A stretch of 64,000 bases of DNA from Botryllus schlosseri (taxonomy: Eukaryota): assembly GCA_051294905.1 (NCBI GenBank), contig CM119372.1:32428001-32492000 (forward strand). Direction: 5' to 3'. The notes beneath the pieces were generated by a model. It was not told the origin of the DNA. It did no database searches and was given only the letters and a program-made list of their open reading frames with translations. The position numbers were made by a program, and so were the translations under genes. Shown here in pieces: positions 52,471 through 64,000 of the stretch (position 1 is its first letter; each line of letters opens with the position of its first letter).

Positions 52471-54097
52471 ACTGACAACCACACCGGTCAATTTGATATT
52501 TTTGTATATTGTTACAACGAACAGTGACGGAAATATACACAGACTACCGGTTTCAGAGTACACCCCATCGGTCGTATCACGTCAATATCATCGGTTAACC
52601 ACATACAATATACTCTTGTACACCGAAATGCACGCTTTGGAAAATTGGACAATAGGCTGCGATAGTTCTGTGATGTCCGGGTTCGTGCTTTAGATTTTCC
52701 AGAGTCAAAATGTCTGAATAAAACACCTCCTCGACGACGGTTGGTATGTGGATAACGGTGTTCGGAAAACGGTTGGATTTATGTCGCCCATTGCGATAAC
52801 AATTCCTGGTCGAGTTTTCCTCCGGCATGTTTGCTATATTGTGTCTTTATTGGTCAATGTATGTCTCGACATTCAGTTTGAAATCGGGTATGATAAAGTA
52901 TGTAACCGGATCCGGATATCAACTCTGAATCGATAAACCAATGAACAATATTCAAAGTAAACATGTCACACCCTGTGTTTCCACGAAAAAATACCATCCA
53001 GACATACGTCGCGCTTGTTTGCCCACATCAGTATACGCGCAAATGGAGGTGTGTGACATTGCATGCAATGTGTTGGTATACAAACATCGATCCACAGACA
53101 TTATCATAGCCGGTAGTTTTGATGTAGATCGAATGTCACCCGATAACAATACCAATAAGCCACATTGCAATGACTCTGAGTCCGTCTGAGCATGACATAC
53201 AGACACACAAACATAGAAACCGTAACATGGGTATTCGCACGACGGTGAAAGTGAACTATACAGCATATACCAGTAGAGTGTTCACAGTCAAATATGCGAA
53301 CCGTGCACAATCATATACCCAGGTTTTTGCTGGATATGTACGAAACCAATAAATCGATACATTTCTTTTCTCTGGACATCAATATTACAATCGCCATTCA
53401 AATGCATCGCTCGAATGTGAGGTTCGTCGGGTGTAAAATCCATGTCAAATAACACCAAAGTGTGTCTTCCGTGTTTTAATATTTCCACCGACGCTTCTTG
53501 CCTGTGTCGTAACACTATGGTGCAGGGACTCGAAAAACGATGGATTGCGAAACTGATTGACATGTTCCTCGATATGACCAGCAGAATTGATGTCAATACC
53601 CTTGTGATGATGTCGTTTCAAAATGTTACCGATCTCTTGTGGCGATGACCGTTTCGAAATGTCACCGGATGAACTGGACCCTTACAAAAGTGTGTTTTTT
53701 GATTGCGTGTGAAATCACGAGGTAGTGTTCTATTGTGGTGTAGGATTGCAGATTCCACAGAAACACACACCTTATTGGATCACAGTATCAGTCCGAGATT
53801 TTCAGAATCACTGTTCACGATATTTACCTGGAGTCGTTATGTGGGAGTAGCGACATCCCGTGATTTAGTGAAAGACTGATCGCAATCATTTCGAGCACCG
53901 TACTTCGATAGTTCACATTGGTCAAACGCTGTACAACAGAAAATTTCGGTGTCGACAACACGACGGATATTGACGATGTATCCAATTGGTCTGGGTGATC
54001 TGTCGGGAGATAGGGTCATGACTATCTTGCAATGTAACAACACGATAACACCATCGAGTAAATCAGCGAACGGTGTCGAAATATCGATGTAATAGCG

Positions 54098-57000
54098 CGG
54101 ACTCAGAGTCATTGCAATGTGGCTTATTGGTATTGTTATCGGGTGACATTCGATCTACATCAAAACTAACGGCTATGATAATGTCTGTGGATCGATGTTT
54201 GTATACCAACACATTGCATGCAATGTCACACACCTCCATTTGCGCGTATACTGATGTGGGCAAACAAGCGCGACGTATGTCTGGATGGTATTTTTTCGTG
54301 GAAACACAGGGTGTGACATGTTTACTTTGAATATTGTTCATTGGTTTATCGATTCAGAGTTGATATCCGGATCCGGTTACATACTTTATCATACCCGATT
54401 TCAAACTGAATGTCGAGACATACATTGACCAATAAAGACACAATATAGCAAACATGCCGGAGGAAAACTCGACCAGGAATTGTTATCGCAATGGGCGACA
54501 TAAATCCAACCGTTTTCCGAACACCGTTATCCACATACCAACCGTCGTCGAGGAGGTGTTTTATTCAGACATTTTGACTCTGGAAAATCTAAAGCACGAA
54601 CCCGGACATCACAGAACTATCGCAGCCTATTGTCCAATTTTCCAAAGCGTGCATTTCGGTGTACAAGAGTATATTGTATGTGGTTAACCGATGATATTGA
54701 CGTGATACGACCGATGGGGTGTACTCTGAAACCGGTAGTCTGTGTATATTTCCGTCACTGTTCGTTGTAACAATATACAAAAATATCAAATTGACCGGTG
54801 TGGTTGTCAGTTTTCAAAACGAAAATAGTATTGTTACCCAGGAAAAAAATGTATTTCCAAGTGAAAACGGTATTGGTACTCAGTTAAATGATAGTTTCCA
54901 GACGAAAAGGGATTGTTACCCAGGAGAAAATGATTAGTTACTCTAGGTAAAAGTATTTTTCCAAGCGAAAATGTATTGTTACACCGGGTAAACGCCAGAT
55001 CCCCAAAGGAAAATGATATTTTTACTCAGGTAAACGACGGACCACCAAGTGAAAATGGCTTGTTGCTCAGGGAAAAAGGTTTGTTACCCGGGAAAAAGGT
55101 TTGTTAACCAGAGAAAAAATAGATTTCCAAGTGAAAAAAGGTTTGTTAGCCAAGGAAAAAATAGATTTCCAAGTGAAAAAGGTTTCTTACTCTGGGTAAA
55201 CATCAGATCTCCAAAGGAAAATAATATGTTTAGTCAGGTAAACGATGGACTGGCAAGTGAAAGTGGTAATTTTACATAGGTAAACGTCGTGGGTTCAGTG
55301 TCGTTGGTCTTGTTAAACGTTATCGCTTGACGTTGGTATACTATTACGATTGTGAAAAGGCTATGCACGTCTTGTGCGGAGTATCGCGATAGTGAACATA
55401 TTTTTGGTGTGACGAAACAAGATCGTTGTTTACATGTTAATGCATTTCGATTACCGAGTAGCTGTACAACAGAGAGGAGTCTACAGTTAGTTCGTGCTGT
55501 ATGTCCCGATGAACAAGACCACATGTAAATCTATTAGCACAACTCGATGATGTTGATATAGTGTTACTTGAATTAATTATTACCTATTTACACAACATAA
55601 AAATAAAAATTCATGTCGTAGTAAGTTTCTTGAACTCGTACTTGATGAAAACGAATGGTGACAAGTATGCGTTTGAGTGAAAAAGAATTATTTAGAGTAG
55701 TGACAGTTTGTGACCAACGAATGCAAATCGATCATGATATTACAATATACGCTTTCGTCAACATAACGACTTGGTGTAGAAATACTTTCACGTTTTTTGA
55801 ATAACTGGATTCTCGAGACTTGTTACTTGTACGATGTACCGTTGGTGTGCAAACTATAACGACCATTTTGTATGATAGTATGTTTTACTAGTGAGGATAA
55901 CCATATGATGACTCACCACTTTTCGTTAGCAAAGTAGATTGATTTGTGTGTAAGATGTAAGCACCGTAACTAGAAAACATATGCACTCTGTTGTTGGAGT
56001 AGCCGATTCATTGCTATGACATGGACATATCCTGAAGCCTTGGTTTGTTGTCTTACGAAAGATGACGCGACCTCGGTGTCGTAAATTGTGTTAACTAAAC
56101 TCGTATGGATACCACAATTGTGCTGGACTTACACATGGTATTCGTATACTGTACACATACAAACTTTTGTGTAAACAACTCTGGTGTTTCTGTTAATACT
56201 AGTTCTGTGTTGAACTACTTGATTATTACGATACATGAACAACCATTCAGACAATAAAGTTCTTGAGGTATCGAAACAGTTTGAAAGCACCACCAATCAT
56301 TGTACAGGTTTGTAGCATGAGTGAATATTTTCGTGTAACATGAATATATTTCATATGACTTTGGTAAGAAATGAGTTATGCAGGATAACCATACACAACC
56401 TACAAAAGTAAAACTTGTTGCGTTTGATTGTATACTTTGTATCGATGTCTTTGTGATGTTGAAAGACGGTTGTGTTTACATTTGCATTAAGCGGAGTTAC
56501 TCAAGTAATAAATTTTACTCGTTTGAAAATACCGAACAATGGATAACAGTATCAATATGAGCGGTAATTATTTTCGTGATATACAACCAATCTTCCAAGC
56601 ATAACTTGTCAAAAATTTATCATGTCATAGTCGGCTGTTACGAATTCGACACAAATGTACTTTGATTATTACGATGATGGAAATTACGTTCAAGGGAGTA
56701 TTTCGAAGTTGTATATTCAGCAATTACCAAATAACAAAAAATATTAAACTGTGCATACAACTCGGTTAGGTAAACGATACAGTTACAAGTCGGATGTAAG
56801 CTTGATTTACAGATTACAGTCTGCTGATGTAAAGCTCGACCACTCCACTGTGTTTATTGCAAAGTATTTGACACAAACAAAATATTGAACGAAGGTCCGC
56901 CACTTGGTTTCATTACAAGGTGAGTGAAAATTGTTTTCTGTTGGTCAGGTATGATTTGCATTTAGAAAAACGATCTACACCGATTAAGCGACGCTGTTTC

Positions 57001-60000
57001 ATATCTGATGAGTGAGTGAAATTTCCTTATGGTTTGATTTAGCGAGTTAATTATCGGTGATTCAATCAGATACAAGTAAGATCTTTAGTGACAGAGTATT
57101 GTGATGACATTTACTTTAGCGAATGACAACGGAAAAATTTTCGATTACATTGTCGGTGTATGTGTTACACAAATAATTCTAGTACACCTAGCCATAGGAT
57201 ACATTTGGCAAACATCGTACAAAGTGTTTCTTTGTGTTGGTAACGACTTTCAGCGGTTTGGTTTCGTGTCGGGAATTATTATTTGAGGGTTCAATTTCAA
57301 TCAATGCTACAAATGAACAACAATGCAAAACACGTTTAGTGAATTACAGTGTAGCAAGTACTTCCTTAATATTACGATTGTTGTGCACTAGACATTTCTA
57401 GTTGAATTGAATGCGTCGAGCAAACATATTCAATTTACTTTTGTAATGATCAAAGTCTTAGAGTGCAACCTCGTGATATTTTACATTTAGCACGTTCTAT
57501 AGAAAGTGTGAACGGAGTTGAGTATTAATCGTGTACTTGGGATAGTGCTTTGATATCAAAGATATATTTTCACACTGTGTAATGTTTCGATTCTCTGTTG
57601 TGAATACCTCCAGTAACGACATTGATGTTAAATCCTCACTCTTGGTCATTGTAAACGAATCCTAAACATCGCAACAGTCGGTATGGAAATCGAACGCATG
57701 CATACTTTTAGATAGGCGACACTAACAAGTTTATTACATCCGTGAAATACTCTGAAACATCGATTCGCGATTGTGTTAGCTATATTCATCTTCTATATCT
57801 GTGGACACAAAGAATTCTTAACTTTGGTTACAGCTCGTTCGTAACGAATTATTGCTTGCAATCTAGAAAAGCACAAGTCGAAGACGAATGATTTGATTTC
57901 AATAAACTAAAAAAAAATCCTTTTGTTTTGATGTTGGATTTAATACAATTTGTATGACTATACCGAATCCGAAAGTGCAATGTTACTTTAGTAGAAAAAT
58001 TGGATGACTCGCATTTTGATATTGATAGATGTGTAGAGTAATATGACTAGTTTATAAAATCTCGGTAATGTTTTTTTTTGTCATGTAATTTGTTGAAGTA
58101 ACAATACCGACGAGTTCAATAATATTCTCCATCGATGCATTCGAATAATCCGTCAGCTGCAAGCGGATTTAAAACTTGATGCTGTTTCGCGGTTAACTCA
58201 AGTCAGTGGTCGTGTTTGTGTTGATTTCAGGAATGATCATGACGAGTTACCTGAGTAGATTAGTTAATGTGGTTGTAACTACGATCGTACAGAGTTGCTG
58301 ACCCCCCAATATCTTTTACGCTGTAATATACGGATTTAATTGTGATAAATTAATTCTCAGTTATTGTTCGGACATTCAAATCTCGTATACTCAAAATATA
58401 ATATGTCCAAGTCAAATCGTATATGTACCGATTAGTAAATACTTTGTCTTCAGAATAGTAACGACCTTTACAATCGAATAAAAAAGACCGATCATACGAA
58501 TACAGCCAGGATGAATTAATTCAAGTTTGTGAGTTGTAGTGATATAATCAAGTAAGTGAAAACTAGATTTTTAACAATTGTTAATGTTGTGAAGAATTCT
58601 TTTGAGTATGGTAAGATGTTAAAATATCTCTTTGACAAACGGAAAGCGGGATCGCGAATAGAGTTGTAATGTTTCATTACTTGTTTCAAATCAATGTGCA
58701 TATAATATCGAAATGGGACTGCGGGAAAGTTGGTAGTCATGTTTGTCAATCTATTTCAATTCAGACTATGTCAAAGTCCAAATATTTCATTTTGGATTAT
58801 TTGGATTTACCTATATAGAACCCGAATGGATTCCGACACCGTACTAAAACTAGATCGCTATGTCTGATGCGTTATCGTGTCAGCGACGTAGGATTTTACA
58901 ATTATTTCACACCTTTTTTGAATAAGCCTCAACTTCACAGAGGATTAGGGTTGGATCAGAAATAAGTGAGAATTTGTCGGTATTCGAATCACCGTCTGCG
59001 ACGGTTCTGTTATTCGTTACTTATTAAATTTTACCAGTGAAATCCAGTTCTGTGACATACTGATTATCAAAATATTACATTGTGGTGATTGGAATGTATG
59101 TAACAACAAGTTGCGAGGGATGGCTATGTCTTAGGTGTTATCTCGTGAGCGATCGTGGGATTTGCAACCTATTTCACACCTTTTTGAAGTGTTAGTTTGC
59201 GAACGCGGCTATTGTTGGTGTCACCGTCTACGCCGGTTATATGACAAACTTATTACCAAAATATTACATTGTCAACGATCGGCATGTATGTAACAGCGAG
59301 TCGCGAGCGATGGTTATGTCTTAGGTATTATCTTGTGAGCGATCGCGGGATTTTACCAATATTTCGCACCTTTTTGGAGTGTTAGTTTGTGAACGCGGTT
59401 ATTGTTGGTATTCGAATCGTCGTCAGTTTGTGAACGCGGATATTGTTGGTATTCGAATCGCCGTCTACGCCGGCTCTATCGCAAACTAATTACCAAAACA
59501 TTATCATGCGGCTGATTCCTAGATTTATCCAACTATTTCACACCTTTTTACTGAAATTACGACATGTCAACGCAGTCTATACCTGAGAGTACGACATGCA
59601 ACCGCGGCCATAAGAATAACGATATATTAAAGTCGCATTCACCGTAAACGTTGGGCTCAACTCGAATCGGTCATATAAAATAATTTGGGATATACACATT
59701 AACTAAGAACCAATCACGTGACTATTTACTTGATACATATTCAACACCGGTCGAGAGATACCTATACCCAAAAGTACGACATGTCAACACAACCATAAGC
59801 CACCACACGAGAGATGTCTATACCCAAAAGTACGATATGCCAACAACGAAGCCGCGTGCGACCGATCCCTATGCTGAAAAGGGTTACCGGTCGAGAGATG
59901 GCTATACTAGCACCGGTTGAGTGATCCCTATACCGAAAAGGGTCACCGGTTCAAGACGAGTTTCGAGGCACCGGTCGAGAGATCCCTATACCGAAAAGGG

Positions 60001-60269
60001 TTACCGGTCGAGAGATGGCTATACTAGCACCGGTTGAGTGATCCCTATACCGAAAAGGGTCACCGGTTCAAGACGAGTTTCGAGGCACCGGTCGAGAGAT
60101 CCCTATACCGAAAAGGGTTACCGGTCGAGAGATGCCTATACCAACCCAGGCACCGGTCGGGTGGAAGGGGGGTCTGAAAGGGTCACCGGTTCAGGACGAG
60201 TTTTCGCGGCACCGGTCGGGTGCACCCATAAGAGCCCATTACGAATCGCGACCGATCATACCTACTACT
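54098..60269 (-). repeat. Right arm of giant inverted repeat
   Basis: Reverse complement of 47013-53184; substitutions noticed at 48473/58809 and 53113/54169. Confidence 0.97.
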
Positions 60270-62239
60270 TGCGGCTCTTTAATGATTGCACAGCACATGC
60301 ATTTCGCTATTTTGCTAGACATGTTTAACCTGATTAGACTGATGCATTCTATCACGTAGGAACAATATACGTATTGTTTTCGTGTTGTTTCTTTCCTTAT
60401 GGTTACGTACAATGTTCCCTCTATTTTTTCAGGAGTCTGCGCGCACTCACCAACTCATTGCGCGGTCCCTTGGACAACAGCGCGTAACGACAAAAAAAGT
60501 AATCACTTCGCGTTATCTGTCAACGGCACAGATTTTTCTGTGCGCGGTGACTCTGTCAGCAATGCGCGGCCGCGCCAGCGCGCAGCTTAGTGGGAACATA
60601 CGTAGGCCTATGCACTTGTTAAATTTAGGGGAAGGTGCACTATAGAGTTAGAACTATATAATTGAACACTCGAAGGGAGTTCACATAAATGTTTGCCCGT
60701 AACAATGGTACATGTTAATCATTCAAGGATAAATCATTGTGTTAAATGATAAACTTTATAATTAATCGCGTCAGCGAAGGTCATGATTATTCCCGGGATC
60801 GCAACGATGAATACGGATCTTCCATTTGTATTGTAAAGGCTAGCAGTAACTTCAGAGTTTAACCAATAAATTGTCGTTGACCGATAATTGCGGGGAAGAT
60901 ACGACATCGAGGTGGTACGCGTTAATAAAAAAGTTGAGAACCTGCACCATGAATTATTAGGAACCGTCACTTTCGTAAGATAACCAAATGAGAATGCCAA
61001 TAGAGAAAGAAAACGCCGATGATAATGATCGAATTGATGCTGGCAATTCTCCGTAACTACTGTACTAAGGTTGTATTGCTCAGGATATACATCTCATTCG
61101 TGCTATTATTAGAGTTGCATTTAAAAAATATGGTGTTTTAAAACACTTTGTTGAAAGTATGCTTTAAACACTGTTTTAAAAATTGCCATTAAAAAACATT
61201 GCGTTTTTTTTAAAGTTGAATATGTATGTCAGATTTGTGTAAATCAGTGGTTCTTAGCCATGTCGCCAGCGCCACCTGGGGACAATTAGATTTCAAAGTT
61301 AGTGGAAACACTCAGGGGCGATATCGGCGGTACTATGGCGTTATGGAGGTGCCGAACAGTACAGATGGTGTAGTAGTTCCCGTAGGGTCACAAAATACTA
61401 TGTTTCTATAAATCCTTGAGTTCTAAATTTACCAATCATCCGCGCTTTGCACGAAATATACCGAGTACCGATGATGTAGTTATGTTTCCACGAATGCAGT
61501 GGTTATACCATATTCCCTCTAAAATGTGCTTTTTATGCTCCATGCGTGTACTTTTAGATAGCTAATTATCCCTCAACGCAGTTCAATCACACTATATAGG
61601 GGTTTTGCCGACAAAATGTTTTGAGCTGGGTGTTATATACTGCAGCACACTGCATCTCGAAATCTGGAAGCGTGATTTTATATACCACTTTTGAGGGCGA
61701 CAGCCATTGGTACAGTACACATGATTAGAAGCTTTCTGAAAAGAATGATAAACTAAATATCCAGGTTTTCGAGAGCTACAAAATTCAACGTCACTAAATT
61801 TGGGTGTGTACATTGGGCTCTCACCTGATAGGCATGCGCCCGTACCCAACAGTTGTTATAAGAACATTGGTTTAATCCCGAAAATAGTACATACAATTGT
61901 CAGATCGGTAATTAGGCGAGTGGTCATCTCGTGCGATTCAAGCGTGAAATATTTCCAATAGTCGCATCCAAACTCGAGAACATCGACCGGACTTTGGACC
62001 TCTACCACATCGTCTTCAGTGCAAACGTTAAAATATGGGGGGGGGGGGGGGCAAACCATGAAAACTTCCGAAATGAAGCGCTGGGAGAATAAAGTATATG
62101 TACCACCGGAGTAAATACTTTCCAAGAACCATGTAGTACGAGCATACGGACGATGGCACCCGCTTTCGTCGACGTTTACGAAATGGAATGGCTGGAACCC
62201 TTAAAATCGTCGTTGGTTCAACAGTTATAGCATGTATAG

Positions 62240-62500
62240 TAGTGGTGTTCATAATTTGGAAAATCTTACAAATCCTCCGTTGTAATGTCTTATTCGATAG
62301 ATTATTGTTAAAAAAAAAACGACACTGAGCCTGAAAGAAGCTCACAGTAAGGCCGTTAAGATTGCGTGCAAAGCGTTTGAAAGTAGCTGACGAAGAATGG
62401 GCGTGCAACCGACCATAGAACGGCGAGAAGACCAGTAATCACGAAACCACGGCTCTTGATTGGCTAATCGGCTATGCTTCAATGACCATGACAGTAGCAG
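62240..62500 (+). mobile_element. Diverged terminal fragment of the hATm-like family at 2324-6028
   Basis: Matches the TIR (TTGTAATGTCTTATTC...GCCTGAAAGAAGCTC...AAAGCGTTTGAAAGTAGC) and the subterminal sequence of 5790-5885 in reverse complement. Confidence 0.8.
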
Positions 62501-62640
62501 CTTGCTGAGTAGGTGATCAAGTACTGCGTTTCCATGCACGGCCGATGGGCCCATTTTCAAGAGACTCGGCCGACGAACGAGAGAAATTTGTTGCGCAAGC
62601 ACACCCACGTCGGCCATCGAGTGAATACTTCGACTTAGCC

Positions 62641-62978
62641 CAGTGGTTCCCAACCTTTTTCGACTCATCGCCCCCTTTTCAAGCTCAACGCCGATCATCG
62701 CCCCCCAGATTTTGTGAACCGAAAAATCGGTATACAATCCGTAGTCATCGGCGGCTTGACTAAAAAAAAGGTCAACTTTTCGTATCGTTGTCGAATTTTA
62801 CACTTTTCCAACCAAATTTCCGTGGGTTGACCGAAAAAAAAGGTAGCTGTTTTAACAAGTTATCGCCCCCCTATCGCCCCCTTCGCTATTTTCGCCCCCT
62901 TTGTCCATTTTCGCCCCCATATCGCCCCCTTCGTCATTTTCGCCCCCCCTAGGCCGCCAAATCGCCCCCTTGGGGGCT
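62641..62978. mobile_element. hAT MITE fragment with TCGCCCCC repeats
   Basis: Starts CAGTGGTTCCCAACCTTTTT; tandem TCGCCCCC units; right TIR missing. Confidence 0.7.
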
Positions 62979-63399
62979 GAAACTGAAAGATCACACGATT
63001 TCAGATTGGTATTTCTTCACTGACATATAGTTTTCTTTCCTGCGGCATGGTATTTGTCTTGTGAGGTTTAGATTGCCAAGACAAGAACATTCGGCGCCAG
63101 TCATTTAGGCGCCTATATGGACAATTAAACCTATATGTATTTTGTATATATAACGAAGTTTTTGGTATTTCGAAGTTTTTGGTCAGCATTAAAGCAGTTC
63201 TTTACGGCCAAGGCTTTCTCTCAGCCGATCGTTCTGACACACTTCTTGGAGTCACATGTTACATGGCCTAAAACTTTATATGTTGGTGCGTTGTGGTGCG
63301 GTCATGGCCAACGCTGATAAGCCCATTTCTATAAATCTTGCGTATTTTTTCTTGGAGAAGAGTACCCGATATTCAAGATATAGTGGCGAATTGAAATCG

Positions 63400-63547
63400 C
63401 TCCTAGCGCGAAAATTTTTTGAAAAAGTTGCATAAATTTTCAAAAAACACTCTATAATTTATGCTAATTCACGAAATAATTTTGGGCCCCCATCGAGCTC
63501 GGCCCCCCTCAACTAGGGGGTTTGGGGTGCTGCAGTTACGGCAATGA
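63400..63547. repeat. Dispersed repeat end; inverted copy at about 35053-35200
   Basis: CTCTATAATT...TTCACGAAATAATTTTGGGC...CGAGCTCG shared in reverse complement. Confidence 0.7.
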
Positions 63548-63644
63548 ATATAGGACTACCAATTATGCTGCTTTTAGTCGGCTAAAGCAGTATGCATCTC
63601 GGCGTATTCAACCGTGAGTCACGGGCTGTACATCTAGTTTATCA

Positions 63645-64000
63645 TAGGGTTACCATTCGTCCTCTTTTAAGATGATTTGTCCTCTTTTTTGATTTTTTTT
63701 AAAGTGTCCTCGGAGGACGCCCAAATGTCTTCTTTTTTTAGATTTTGTCTTCTTTTTTGAGGATTTTGGTTAGATATAGGGCCAAATTAGACTAATATAC
63801 ATTAAGTCAGCACTGTAGGAAGGCTACGGCGGCTATTTCGGGAGCTGGACCGGAAAATTGACATTTTTTTTCAGTCAACAACCTGTTAATGTGAAAGAAA
63901 AACTGTATTTTCCTGGAGTTGAGCCTCTTTTTTTAGTCCAGCGACCACGAAGTGGGAAAAATTATCAATACCTATTTATATCTATAGCTACTGCTCGTTC
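63645..64000. mobile_element. Probable hAT-like element start, right end not seen
   Basis: TAGGGTTACCA followed by GTCCTC/GTCTTC repeats; shares CGGCGGCTATTTCGGGAGCTG with 45548-45570. Confidence 0.5.

Larger units (their letters stand above)
47013..53184 (+). repeat. Left arm of giant inverted repeat
   Basis: Position x pairs with 107282-x throughout; all mirrored ORF pairs in the track sum to 107282, so no net indels. Pairing stops after ...TGAGTCCG at 53184. Confidence 0.97.
47013..60269. mobile_element. Non-autonomous Polinton/Maverick-like foldback element (13,257 bp; 6,172-bp inverted arms plus 913-bp spacer)
   Basis: Begins AGTAGTAGGTATGATCGG at 47013 and ends CCGATCATACCTACTACT at 60269. 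Exact 6-bp direct repeat TGCGGC flanks it (47007-47012, 60270-60275) and sequences outside are unrelated. AG...CT termini with AGT repeats and a 6-bp TSD are established Polinton/Maverick hallmarks. No integrase, pPolB, ATPase or capsid ORF recognised. Confidence 0.85.

Noticed and set aside
52952..53266. QTDSESLQCG as a Polinton/adenain cysteine-protease motif
   Set aside because: The upstream His and Asp motifs are absent and the match spans the arm/spacer junction; too weak.
47013..60269. Palindrome as a sequencing or assembly fold-back artefact
   Set aside because: Unique flanks, an exact 6-bp TSD at the symmetry ends, Polinton-type termini, a 913-bp unique spacer and at least two arm differences argue for a real element; read-level confirmation is still advisable.
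752..63317. The many other 60-130 aa ORFs in the track
   Set aside because: Most start at non-ATG codons, lie in repeats or antisense to real exons, and show no protein motifs; expected background.

Overview
AT-rich eukaryotic (animal) genomic DNA; an ascidian/tunicate origin is inferred from gene architecture, not proven. One host gene dominates: a minus-strand, intron-rich class A GPCR of the RXFP/GRL101-like group. I traced 17 phase-consistent GT-AG exons (46878 down to 18121, about 950 aa, 5' end missing) encoding about 10 LDL-receptor class A modules joined directly to the 7TM domain, with no leucine-rich repeats. The rest is dense DNA-transposon sequence: a 3.7-kb hATm-type element whose transposase is broken by one extra base, many non-autonomous hAT elements with readable 8-bp target-site duplications (several nested), MITEs and two tRNA-derived SINEs. 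The standout is a 13,257-bp element (47013-60269) with Polinton/Maverick-type ends (AGTAGT...ACTACT, 6-bp TSD TGCGGC). It is almost entirely a palindrome: two near-identical 6,172-bp arms around a 913-bp spacer, no recognisable Polinton genes, probably inside an intron of the GPCR gene. All coordinates and alignments were read by eye.
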